Source: an uncultured Beijerinckiaceae bacterium (GTDB taxonomy: Bacteria > Pseudomonadota > Alphaproteobacteria > Rhizobiales > Beijerinckiaceae). From it: a stretch of 64,000 nucleotides of DNA. The position numbers and the translations under genes are program-made. The stretch is from the NCBI GenBank assembly GCA_964244495.1, contig CAXTIU010000011.1:69782-133781 (forward strand), written 5' to 3'. Positions 56,014-64,000 of this stretch are shown here, piece after piece (the first letter of the stretch is position 1; each line of letters starts with the position of its first letter). Below the pieces are notes generated by a model that worked only from the letters and a program-made list of their open reading frames with translations, searched no databases and was not told the origin of the DNA.

Positions 56014-56646
56014 CTAGACGACCTTGTCGCGGATCGTCTGCGCGAACGGCAGGCTGCCGGCGAAGGACGGGCGGTCGAACAGCCCGTTCGCGTAGGCCGC
56101 GAGATCCGGGTGCAGGCCGCGCCAGTCCATGGCGGCGTAGCGCACGCCGAGGTAGCCGAGGACGCTGCCGATCGCGATGTCGGCCAGGCCGAAACGGTCG
56201 CCGATCGCGAAGCGGCGCGTCCCGACCGCCTCGGCGAGCGCGGCGACGCCGCCGTGGATCTTGCGCCCTTGACGGGCGATCCAGGGCTCGCTCTGCCCGG
56301 TGGCCGGGCGCATGCGCTCGAACAGGATCAGGATCACCGCGTCGCATACGCCGTCGGCGATCACCTCCAGCTTCTTGTGGGCGAGGATGCCATCGTCGTC
56401 CTTCGGCAGGAGCGGCGGCTCGGGATGGCGGCGCTCCAGCCATTCCAGGATGTAGGAGGATTGGTAGACCGGCTCGCCGTCGTCCGGGATCAGCACGGGA
56501 AGCTTCTCAAGCGGGTTGTGGCGGGGCAGGGTGGTGTCGTCGTTCCAGGGAACCTCGGTGAGGAGCTCGAACGGGATACCCTTCTCGGCGAGCGCGATGC
56601 GGACTTTTCGCGCGTAGGGGGACGGCGTGGCGCTGATGAGCTTCAT
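56014..56646 (-). CDS. Glutathione S-transferase family protein
   Basis: SPYARKVRIALAEKG, NPLEKLPVL and YQSSYILEWLE. Confidence 0.9.
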   Translation of the reverse strand: MKLISATPSPYARKVRIALAEKGIPFELLTEVPWNDDTTLPRHNPLEKLPVLIPDDGEPVYQSSYILEWLERRHPEPPLLPKDDDGILAHKKLEVIADGVCDAVILILFERMRPATGQSEPWIARQGRKIHGGVAALAEAVGTRRFAIGDRFGLADIAIGSVLGYLGVRYAAMDWRGLHPDLAAYANGLFDRPSFAGSLPFAQTIRDKVV

Positions 56647-56718
56647 GGGCCGACACCTTACAAGCGACGTGCCACCACGCGTTTGATGAGCGGTCGGCGG
56701 TCGTTCCCCACCGAACCG

Positions 56719-57612
56719 TCAGGCACCCGGCAGGCCTGCCAGCGCCCGTTCGATGCGCGCCCGCTCGCCCGCGTCCAATGGCAGGATCGGTCGCGGCGGC
56801 TGCGCGTCGGTCAGCCCCAGCAGGTTCGCCGCCGCATAAACCACCCGGAGGCTGCCGTGCCGCCGGAAAAGGTCCCAGAGCGGCGCGAAGGCGGCACCGA
56901 GCCGATGCGTCTGCGCCGCGTCGCCCGCCCGGGCGGCGCGCATGAGGGCGAATGAGGGCCGTGGCAGGAGGCCGCCGACCACACTGTACCACGCGTCGCC
57001 GCCGGCGAGCACGGCGTCCGGCGCGTGCCAGTCGCCGCTGTAGCCCACGGCGAAGTCGGCGGGCAACCGTCCGCGCAGCGCGTCGACGCTTGCCTTCGCC
57101 GCCGCCGGTGCGGGGGCCGGGTTCTTCACCGCGACGATGCGGGCCACCCCGGCCAAGCGCGCCACGAGTTCGTCGCCGAAGGTGAAGTGCGTCGTGCTCG
57201 GGTTGTTGTAGATGCACAGCGGGAGGTCGGAGGCGGCGGCCACCGCCGTGAAGTGCTGGAACACCTCCTCGTCGGTGAGCGGCGTGTACGAGACGGGCGC
57301 CAGCAGCAGCCCAGCCGCCCCCGCCGCCTGCGCGTCCCGCGCGAGGTGTCCGGCATCGTCGGTGCGCAGCGCGCCGACGCCCACGATGATCGGGATGTCG
57401 CCGCCCGTGACCTCGGCCGCCGCTTCGATCGTCCGCCTCCGCTCCGACCGGGTCAGGTAGGCGTAGGTGCCCGTGGAGCCCAGCAGCCCGATCGAGTCGA
57501 CCCGTGCCGCCCGAAGCCGCTCCAGCAACGTCGCCAAGGCACGAATGTCCACGCGTCCCCCTTCGTCGGCGGGTGTGATGGGGAAGGCGGAGAGTCCATG
57601 GAAGAGCGGCAT
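56719..57612 (-). CDS. Dihydrodipicolinate synthase (DapA-like) family aldolase/lyase
   Basis: AFPITP, LGSTG, CIYNNPSTT and IVAVKNP; start at ATG 57612. Confidence 0.88.
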   Translation of the reverse strand: MPLFHGLSAFPITPADEGGRVDIRALATLLERLRAARVDSIGLLGSTGTYAYLTRSERRRTIEAAAEVTGGDIPIIVGVGALRTDDAGHLARDAQAAGAAGLLLAPVSYTPLTDEEVFQHFTAVAAASDLPLCIYNNPSTTHFTFGDELVARLAGVARIVAVKNPAPAPAAAKASVDALRGRLPADFAVGYSGDWHAPDAVLAGGDAWYSVVGGLLPRPSFALMRAARAGDAAQTHRLGAAFAPLWDLFRRHGSLRVVYAAANLLGLTDAQPPRPILPLDAGERARIERALAGLPGA

Positions 57613-57854
57613 GGCTGACCTGCTGGCGGCGCGGGAGAGGCAGGACTGGACCCCCGAGCCGCGGTCCGCAAGCGCCATTCGCGTGGCAGACCCCCGCCCG
57701 AGGGTTCGGACGACACGCGGGCGGGATGAACGATCCGACCATCGCCGGCTCGCGCCCGAACTGGCGCGGATCCACCGCAAGGTGTATGCGCGGCGGCCCA
57801 CCGTCGATCCGTTCAACGTCGGCCGGCCCGCCCGCCGGCCGCCCCGGAGCCTCC

Positions 57855-59114
57855 ATGTCAGCGATCACCGGCGTCGGCATCGACTTCGGCACGACCAACA
57901 GCGTCCTCGCGCTGGCCCGCGCCGACGGCTCCGTCGAGAGCCGCCTCTGGCCGGTCCCCGACGGGCCGGCGAGCGCGACCTACCGCACCGCGCTCACCTT
58001 CTGGCGCGAGGGACGGCGCGTGGCGCACGCGTCGGGGCCGGCGGCGATCGCCCGCGCCGCGCGGCCGGTCGGCGAGCAGCGCTTCGTCCAGTCGCTGAAG
58101 ACCCATCTCGCCAGCCGCGCCTTCACCGACACGCGGCTCTACGGCACCCGTTTCACGGTGGAGGCGCTGGTCGCCACCTTCCTGCGCGACCTCACGGCGG
58201 ACGGGACCTTCGCGGCGCCGGTGGTGTCGGGCCGCCCCGTCGTGTTCGCCGGCGCCAACGCCGACGAGGCGCTCGCCGTCACCCGGCTGCGCGCCGCCTA
58301 CGCGGAGGCCGGGCTGCCGGCCGTCGCCTTCGCCTACGAGCCGCTCGGGGCCGCCTACTGGTACGCGCGCGACCTCGCCCGCGACGAGACCGTGCTCGTC
58401 GCCGACTTCGGCGGCGGTACCAGCGATTTCTCGCTTCTGCGCTTCACGCGCGAGGCTGGCCGACTGGTGGCCGTCCCCCTCGGCCATTCCGGCGTCGGCG
58501 TCGCCGGCGACACGTTCGACGCCCGCATCATCGACCACGTCGTGGCGCCCCGGCTCGGCAAGGGCGCGACCTACCGCTCGTTCGACAAGGACCTGCCGAT
58601 CCCCGCCTACATCCACGCCGCCTTCGCGCAATGGCACCAGCTGTCCTGGCTGAAGGGGGGCACGATCCTCGCCGACCTCCGCAAGCTCGCCGAGGCCAGC
58701 GCGCGCGGGGTCGAGCTGGAGGACCTCATAACCGTCGTCGAGATGGACATGGGCCTGGCCCTCTACCGCGCGGTCGGCGACTGCAAGGCGACGCTGTCGC
58801 GGGACGGCGGGGCGACGCTGCGCTTCGGCGGCTACGGCGTCGACATCGTCGCCCCCATCGCCCGCGCCGACTTCGAGGGGTGGATCGCCGCCGACCTCGC
58901 GACGATCGACGGGGCGCTCGAGGCCGTGCTGGCGACCGCCGGCGTCGCGGCGGAGATGGTCGACGCCGTGTTCATGACCGGCGGCACCTCCTACGTGCCG
59001 GCGGTGCGCCGCTTGTTCGAGCGCCGCTTCCCGGCCGGGCGCATCAAGCGGGGCGACGCGTTCCAGTCGGTCGCTTCCGGGCTCGCCCTGCTCGCCGCCG
59101 ACCGGGCGGCGTGA
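57855..59114 (+). CDS. yegD: Hsp70-family protein, YegD-like
   Basis: GIDFGTTNS, GRPVVF, EPLGAA, DFGGGTSDF and VFMTGGTS; lacks the substrate-binding domain, as YegD does. Confidence 0.85.
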   Translation: MSAITGVGIDFGTTNSVLALARADGSVESRLWPVPDGPASATYRTALTFWREGRRVAHASGPAAIARAARPVGEQRFVQSLKTHLASRAFTDTRLYGTRFTVEALVATFLRDLTADGTFAAPVVSGRPVVFAGANADEALAVTRLRAAYAEAGLPAVAFAYEPLGAAYWYARDLARDETVLVADFGGGTSDFSLLRFTREAGRLVAVPLGHSGVGVAGDTFDARIIDHVVAPRLGKGATYRSFDKDLPIPAYIHAAFAQWHQLSWLKGGTILADLRKLAEASARGVELEDLITVVEMDMGLALYRAVGDCKATLSRDGGATLRFGGYGVDIVAPIARADFEGWIAADLATIDGALEAVLATAGVAAEMVDAVFMTGGTSYVPAVRRLFERRFPAGRIKRGDAFQSVASGLALLAADRAA

Positions 59115-59144
59115 CGGGGCGCCCACCGCGCCGTGACACACCGT

Positions 59145-59178
59145 CCGGGCCGGGACGTTTGCCGGGCCGGGACGCTTG
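59145..59178. repeat. 17-bp tandem direct repeat upstream of sppA
   Basis: CCGGGCCGGGACGTTTG / CCGGGCCGGGACGCTTG, one mismatch. Confidence 0.8.
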
Positions 59179-59255
59179 CGCGCCCAAAAGCCCCGCCCTA
59201 GAGCATCAGCCCGGCACGTGCGCAGCGGGTGTCGGAAAAGCTCGGGGAACCCTCC

Positions 59256-60218
59256 ATGTCGTCCACCTCCGACCAGCTCATCGACCGCCGCCGGTTGCAG
59301 CGCCGCCTGTCGGCGTGGCGCGCGCTCGCCCTGCTCGGCGTCGCGATCGCCGTGGTGGCGCTCGGCTGGCGGATCGCCGGCACGCGCGGCGGGGCGGGAT
59401 CGCTGGTGCCGCACCTCGCGCGCCTGCAGATCGGCGGGCTGATCACCGGGGACAGGGAAACGATCAAGCTGATCAACGACATCGCCCGCTCCAACGCGTC
59501 GGGCGTGCTGGTCGAGATCGACAGCCCCGGCGGCACCACAAGCGGATCGGAGCGCGTCTACGAGGCGCTGCGCCGCCTGTCGGCCAGGAAGCCCACCGTC
59601 GCCGTGGTGCGCGGGCTCGCCGCGTCCGGCGCCTACATCGCCGCGATCGGCACCGACCACATCGTGGCGCAGACCACCTCGCTCGTCGGCTCGATCGGCG
59701 TGCTGTTCGAGTTCCCCAACGTCGGCGGGGTCCTCGACAAGATCGGCGTCAAGGTCGAGACGATCAAGTCGACGCCCCTCAAGGCCTCGCCCAACGGGTT
59801 CGAGCCGACGAGCCCGGAGGCGGCGGCGGCGATCAACGCCCTGGTGGTCGACAGCTACGCCTGGTTCAAGGCGCTGGTGAAGGACCGTCGCCAGATGGAC
59901 GACGCCCAGCTCGCCGCCGTGGACGACGGCCGGGTGTTCACCGGCCGCCAGGGGCTCGGCTTGCGCCTGGTGGACGCCCTCGGCGAGGAGCGGGACGCGG
60001 TCACCTACCTCCAGGACGAGCGGCACGTGAGCCACGGCCTGCCGATCCTGGACTGGAAGCCGGACGCCGGGTTCGGCGGGCTCAGGCTGTTCGGTTCGGC
60101 GGCGACGCTCGCGCGGGCCTTCGGCTTCGGCACGCTCGCCGGCGCGCTCGACCAGGCGGGCCAGATCGCCGACGCGCGGGCGCTTGACGGCCTGCTGAGC
60201 GTTTGGCAAGTACGCTAA
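59256..60218 (+). CDS. sppA: Signal peptide peptidase SppA (36K type)
   Basis: [22 protein letters not shown] and DGRVFTGRQ. Confidence 0.93.
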   Translation: MSSTSDQLIDRRRLQRRLSAWRALALLGVAIAVVALGWRIAGTRGGAGSLVPHLARLQIGGLITGDRETIKLINDIARSNASGVLVEIDSPGGTTSGSERVYEALRRLSARKPTVAVVRGLAASGAYIAAIGTDHIVAQTTSLVGSIGVLFEFPNVGGVLDKIGVKVETIKSTPLKASPNGFEPTSPEAAAAINALVVDSYAWFKALVKDRRQMDDAQLAAVDDGRVFTGRQGLGLRLVDALGEERDAVTYLQDERHVSHGLPILDWKPDAGFGGLRLFGSAATLARAFGFGTLAGALDQAGQIADARALDGLLSVWQVR

Positions 60219-60274
60219 TCGCAACTAGTTCATTTCATGACGTTTTCGACTTTCATCGGCATCGAGGCTTGGCC

Positions 60275-60565
60275 ATGATCAAATCCGAGCTGGTCCAGCG
60301 CATCGCGGACCGCAACCCCCACCTCTACCTCCGCGACGTCGAGAAGATCGTGAACGCCATCCTCGACGAGATCACCAAGGCGCTGGCGCGGGGCGACCGG
60401 GTGGAACTTCGCGGCTTCGGCGCGTTTTCCGTCAAGCGCCGCGACGCCCGCGTCGGGCGCAACCCGCGCACCGGCGTCCACGTCGATGTCGAGGAGAAGG
60501 CCGTGCCCTTCTTCAAGACCGGCAAGGAGATGCGGGAGCGCCTGAACGACGGTTACCTGAGTTAG
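60275..60565 (+). CDS. ihfB: Integration host factor beta subunit
   Basis: [29 protein letters not shown] and [14 protein letters not shown]. Confidence 0.97.
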   Translation: MIKSELVQRIADRNPHLYLRDVEKIVNAILDEITKALARGDRVELRGFGAFSVKRRDARVGRNPRTGVHVDVEEKAVPFFKTGKEMRERLNDGYLS

Positions 60566-60615
60566 GGTGACCGGGGGTTCGACGGCAGGCGGCCCGGGCC
60601 GCCCGGGAGCGCTGC

Positions 60616-61035
60616 ATGGTCAAGTTTCTCAAGCTCATGATCCTGGTGCCGGTCGCGGCCGTCATCCTGGCCTTCGCCATCGCCAACCGGCAGAGCGCCA
60701 CCGTGTCGTTCGACCCGTTCTCCTCGGTCGACGACCCCGTCGCCACCGTGACCCTGCCGCTATTCCTCGTCCTGTTCCTGACCCTGGTCGTCGGCGTGAT
60801 CGTCGGCGGCATGGCGACCTGGTTCACCCAAGGCGTCAACCGGCGCCGCGCTCGCGCCGCGCGGGACGAGGCCGAGCGCTGGCGCGCCGAGGCGTTGCGC
60901 GCGCAGCAGACGCTCATGATCCCCGCGGGCCCGCCGACCGGACGCCCCCCGGTGTCGGAGCGTCCCTTCAGCGGACCCGTCGCCTCGGGCGCCACGCTGC
61001 CGGGTCGATCGCTGGCGCGGACGGACTACGCGTAA
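60616..61035 (+). CDS. lapA: LapA (DUF1049) family protein
   Basis: FAIANRQ..TVSFDPF and LPLFLVLF; canonical position after ihfB. Confidence 0.85.
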   Translation: MVKFLKLMILVPVAAVILAFAIANRQSATVSFDPFSSVDDPVATVTLPLFLVLFLTLVVGVIVGGMATWFTQGVNRRRARAARDEAERWRAEALRAQQTLMIPAGPPTGRPPVSERPFSGPVASGATLPGRSLARTDYA

Positions 61036-61046
61036 AGTCGCGCCCG

Positions 61047-61727
61047 ATGCCGCTCACCGTCAAGATCTGCGGCTTGTCCGAGCCCGCCACCCTCGATGCC
61101 GCGCTCGATGCCGGCGCCGACATGGTGGGTTTCGTCTTCTTCGCGGCCAGCCCGCGCCACGTCGCCCTCGCCAACGCCCGCGACCTCGGCGCCCGCGTCG
61201 AGGGGCGCGCGGAGAAGGTCGCCCTGACGGTCGACGCCGACGACGCGACGCTGGGGACGATCGTCGCCGCGCTGGCGCCGGACCTGCTGCAGCTGCACGG
61301 GTCGGAAACGCCCGAGCGCGTCGCCGCCGTGCGCTCCCGGTTCGGCCTGCCGGTGGTGCGCGCGGTCGCGCTCGCCACCCGCGCCGACCTCGACGCCGTC
61401 GCGGCCTTCGACGCGGTCGCCGACCACCTGCTGTTCGATGCCAAGCCACCGGACAACCCGCCACGCGGCGGCGCGGCGCTGCCGGGCGGCAACGGCGCCG
61501 CCTTCGACTGGACGCTGCTGCGGGGCCTACGGACGCGCGCGCCCTGGCTGCTCGCCGGCGGCCTGCGCCCCGAAACGGTCGCCGCCGCGTTGCGCGAGAC
61601 CGGCGCTCCCGGCCTCGACGTGTCGTCGGGTGTCGAGCGCGCCCCCGGCGTGAAGGACGCCGACGCGATCAGGCGCTTCGTCGCGGCCGCCCGCGAGGGC
61701 GCGCGCGAAGCGGCGGAGATCGTGTAG
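61047..61727 (+). CDS. trpF: Phosphoribosylanthranilate isomerase
   Basis: VKICGL, GFVFF..SPR, LQLHGSE, GG.G..FDW, LAGGL and LDVSSGVE. Confidence 0.96.
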   Translation: MPLTVKICGLSEPATLDAALDAGADMVGFVFFAASPRHVALANARDLGARVEGRAEKVALTVDADDATLGTIVAALAPDLLQLHGSETPERVAAVRSRFGLPVVRAVALATRADLDAVAAFDAVADHLLFDAKPPDNPPRGGAALPGGNGAAFDWTLLRGLRTRAPWLLAGGLRPETVAAALRETGAPGLDVSSGVERAPGVKDADAIRRFVAAAREGAREAAEIV

Positions 61728-61738
61728 GAGCTGGCGGC

Positions 61739-62221
61739 TTGATGGTTCCGTCCGTCGTGGCAGCGGGTCTGTCCGAGAGGCTCCTGATCATCGGGAACAG
61801 CCGCTTCGGGAAGGGCACGCTGTCCGAGCGGATCGCCCGGCGCACATCGCCGCCGGTTTTCGATCTCAACCTCGTCCATTGGCACGACGACGGGCGGAAC
61901 CGGGACGAGGACGCCTCAAAGGACGTGGTCCGTGCCATCGTCCTCGCCGCCGGACGAGCGACGGCTTCGGTCTGGACCGACCTACCTTGGTCGAAATGCC
62001 GGGAAGGCCTCCTTCGACGAGGCCTGAGGCACGGGATGACCGATCACGATCGGGACGCTCTGCCGTCATGGGCGGAGGCCTACCGGACCCGCTCCACATC
62101 GTCTTCCGCGCTCGGGCACGGGCGACTCTTCGCGGCGTTCGACGGGCCGAAGGTGCGACTCTCCACGCGACAGGAACTTGAGGCGTTTCCCACCGCCTTG
62201 GAAGCCGAAGCTTCACGATGA
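61739..62221 (+). pseudogene. Degenerate adenylate-kinase-like / FlaR-type P-loop protein
   Basis: LLIIGNSRFGKG (damaged GNSGSGKS P-loop), DL..VHW, WTDLPW..C and Y.TR...SS..GH..LF; the central segment appears deleted. Confidence 0.6.
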
Positions 62222-62344
62222 CCTGTCGTCGTCGAGATTTACGCCTATGCCGTCATCCTTTCGCCGACACCCGGTCCGTAACGGTCCCCGGCGACGCGGC
62301 CCTCACGCGCCAGACCCCGTGCGTCACGATGTGCTTGCTGGCCT

Positions 62345-63293
62345 TCAGGACGAAGCATCGCGAAGGGCCTGACAGCTACGGGCCACGTCTCCGCGCTGGA
62401 GTTGAAGATGCAGGGGCATGGAGATGACGGAGCTGGAGAAGGCGTGCGCTCTCGGGCAAGATCCGGACACGGCTTGGTAGAAAGAGAAATCGGTGTTGTC
62501 GCGATAGTGGACGCCCGGAAATACCATCGCCCTGTTGAGGGCCGCCACCACATCGTCTCGGTTCTCGACACGTACCTGATAGAGGTGGCGTGACGAGACG
62601 CACTCTGGCGTGCCTGGGACGACCGTGATCCTGGACTCGCCACCGAGCTCTTCATCGTACCAGCCGGCAATCTCGCGACGGTAGCTGTTATCCAGTTCCA
62701 GATAACGCAATTGAACAAGGGCGATGGCCGCCATGATGGCGTTGCCGTGAGTCTTGTAGCCGAGCGTCGGCACATCATACATCCAGGAATATGACAGTCC
62801 CGCCTCAAGGCGCGAGAAGGTATCCTTGTCGATCCCAAGCCAGGACAACCGGCGAACGTGCTCCGCTTGCGCGCGATCCTTCAAGCAAATCATCCCGGCA
62901 TCTGCCGTGGGGAGGTTCTTGACGGCTTGGAATGAGTAGACCGTCGCGTCAGCGCCGAGCCCGGGCGTTTCGCCTCTCAGGCGCGTGCCGGACATGTGAG
63001 CGGCGTCCAGAACCAGCTTGAGACCACGGGTCTGACAAAGGGTCTCGATCCTATCGTACTGGCCGGTCTGACCCCCGAGCCCGACGAAGACGACGGCCTT
63101 GGTCCGCGGCGTGATCCGGGTGACGACGCTGTCTGGATCAAGGCATCCGGTGTCGTCGACATCGGCGAATATGACGCGGAGTTTGGCTGCGGCTATGGCA
63201 TGGTTCGTCGAAACGAAAGTGAGCGGCGTGCTGATGATCTCGTCGCCGTCGGCCCAGCCATGCTCTTGCTTCAGGATCAGGATCGCGAGGAAC
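62345..63293 (-). pseudogene. 5'-truncated DegT/DnrJ/EryC1/StrS aminotransferase
   Basis: GDEIISTPLTFVSTNHAI, DAAH and SFQAVKNLPTADAGM are present; the N-terminal part is missing and homology ends exactly at the IS-like end. Confidence 0.85.
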
Positions 63294-63373
63294 GGCAATT
63301 ATGTCGTTTGCGAACCACGGCAACCTGAGGTAGGTTGCACCCGCCGCTCATCGCACGCGGCGAGGAGGTTTGG

Positions 63374-63643
63374 ATGAGATTATTATTTGCTTCCGTCATT
63401 GTTACCGCCGCGATGGGTGGCGCCCATGCCCAAGGACCGACCCAGCCTCTGCCGCCGAACACCATCGACTGTAAGCAATTCGTTAAGACCGGCAACGAGT
63501 GGAATGAAGTAGGGACAGCAACTTTTGACCTTGGCCCAAGCAAGGACATGCAAATGTCTGGATCAAACATACCGCCGCACGCCTATAACATAGGCGGTTT
63601 TGATCTATACGAAGTGCTTGAGCAGAAGTGCGGAAGGCGTTAG
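63374..63643 (+). CDS. Hypothetical small secreted protein (passenger)
   Basis: GAGGAGG RBS; signal peptide ending AHA-Q; two Cys (IDC..., KCG). Confidence 0.75.
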   Translation: MRLLFASVIVTAAMGGAHAQGPTQPLPPNTIDCKQFVKTGNEWNEVGTATFDLGPSKDMQMSGSNIPPHAYNIGGFDLYEVLEQKCGRR

Positions 63644-63846
63644 CGAACACCAGCCGAAATCACGCCTCCCCGTGGGAGTGACCACACCGTGCTTCCGGTC
63701 TCGTTTGTAACATGAAGAGGGCCGCGAACTTCCGACCCAGGCTCTACATGCAATGTGCAGTACCGCTGACCCGCATGAGAGAAGTGTGCGGTAGCTGCAC
63801 AAGCGGATGTAGCCGACAACAGAACTGCTAATAGGGTCTTCATCAT
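63640..63846 (-). CDS. Hypothetical small secreted protein (passenger)
   Basis: GGAGGA RBS; signal-like MMKTLLAVLLSATSACAA; stop overlaps that of the convergent gene. Confidence 0.55.
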   Translation of the reverse strand: MMKTLLAVLLSATSACAATAHFSHAGQRYCTLHVEPGSEVRGPLHVTNETGSTVWSLPRGGVISAGVR

Positions 63847-63857
63847 GTTCCTCCATC

Positions 63858-63890
63858 AAAAACCCGGCTCAAAGGCCGGGTTTTCTTTTT
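63858..63890. terminator. Bidirectional intrinsic terminator
   Basis: AAAACCCGGC-TCAAAG-GCCGGGTTTT with T-tracts on both strands. Confidence 0.8.
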
Positions 63891-64000
63891 CCAGATTGAG
63901 CGGTCTCAGACGGCGGCGAACCGCCGAGTGGCTTGTGCCGCGCCATCTTCTTAAGCGCCGTGTCGAACGCCTCTTCCCGCTCGTCTAGGCCAAGCTCGCG
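63869..64000 (-). CDS. 3' end of a small hypothetical protein (5' end outside the window)
   Basis: RELGLDEREEAFDTALKKMARHKP...GKRKPGL*. From memory, this resembles small RELGxDExEAAF..LKK proteins found next to IS1595 transposases. Confidence 0.55.
   Translation of the reverse strand, partial: RELGLDEREEAFDTALKKMARHKPLGGSPPSETAQSGKRKPGL

Larger units (their letters stand above)
63294..64000 (-). mobile_element. One end of a probable IS1595-family (ISNwi1-type) element with passenger genes; transposase lies outside the window
   Basis: GGCAATTATGTCGTTTGCGAAC at 63294 matches the ggnnatTAT end consensus, abuts a truncated gene, and lower-GC cargo follows. Confidence 0.65.

Noticed and set aside
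62222-62345. Fragmentary peptides (VVVEIYAYAV; FADTRSVTVPG) hinting at a methyltransferase remnant
   Set aside because: Too short to assign without a profile search.

Overview
High-GC alphaproteobacterial chromosome segment; gene content and order point to Hyphomicrobiales/Rhizobiales (inference). It is mostly housekeeping: dksA, icd, murI, rplU-rpmA, rpsU, sucD-sucA-sucB-lpdA, nadE, glgX, cysK, zapE, carA, ychF, ettA, actP and sppA-ihfB-lapA-trpF. Three accessory patches interrupt this backbone. (1) 18.6-20.1 kb: a Phd/VapC toxin-antitoxin pair with a perfect operator palindrome, followed by an AT-rich orphan membrane gene. (2) 47.4-54.1 kb, after ettA: a zinc-ribbon ORF; an MmeI-like single-chain restriction-modification gene with an AT-rich specificity segment and a 1-nt frameshift; a divergent small protein with two tandem sliding-clamp-like motifs; an unlisted small membrane ORF; and a tautomerase remnant. 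(3) 61.7-64 kb, after trpF: decayed genes and one end of a probable IS1595-family (ISNwi1-type) element that truncates a DegT aminotransferase gene and carries small secreted passenger ORFs. Many usually contiguous core operons are broken here. I saw no rRNA, tRNA or CRISPR array. All family calls come from motif recognition by eye, GC remarks are visual estimates, and no database searches were run.
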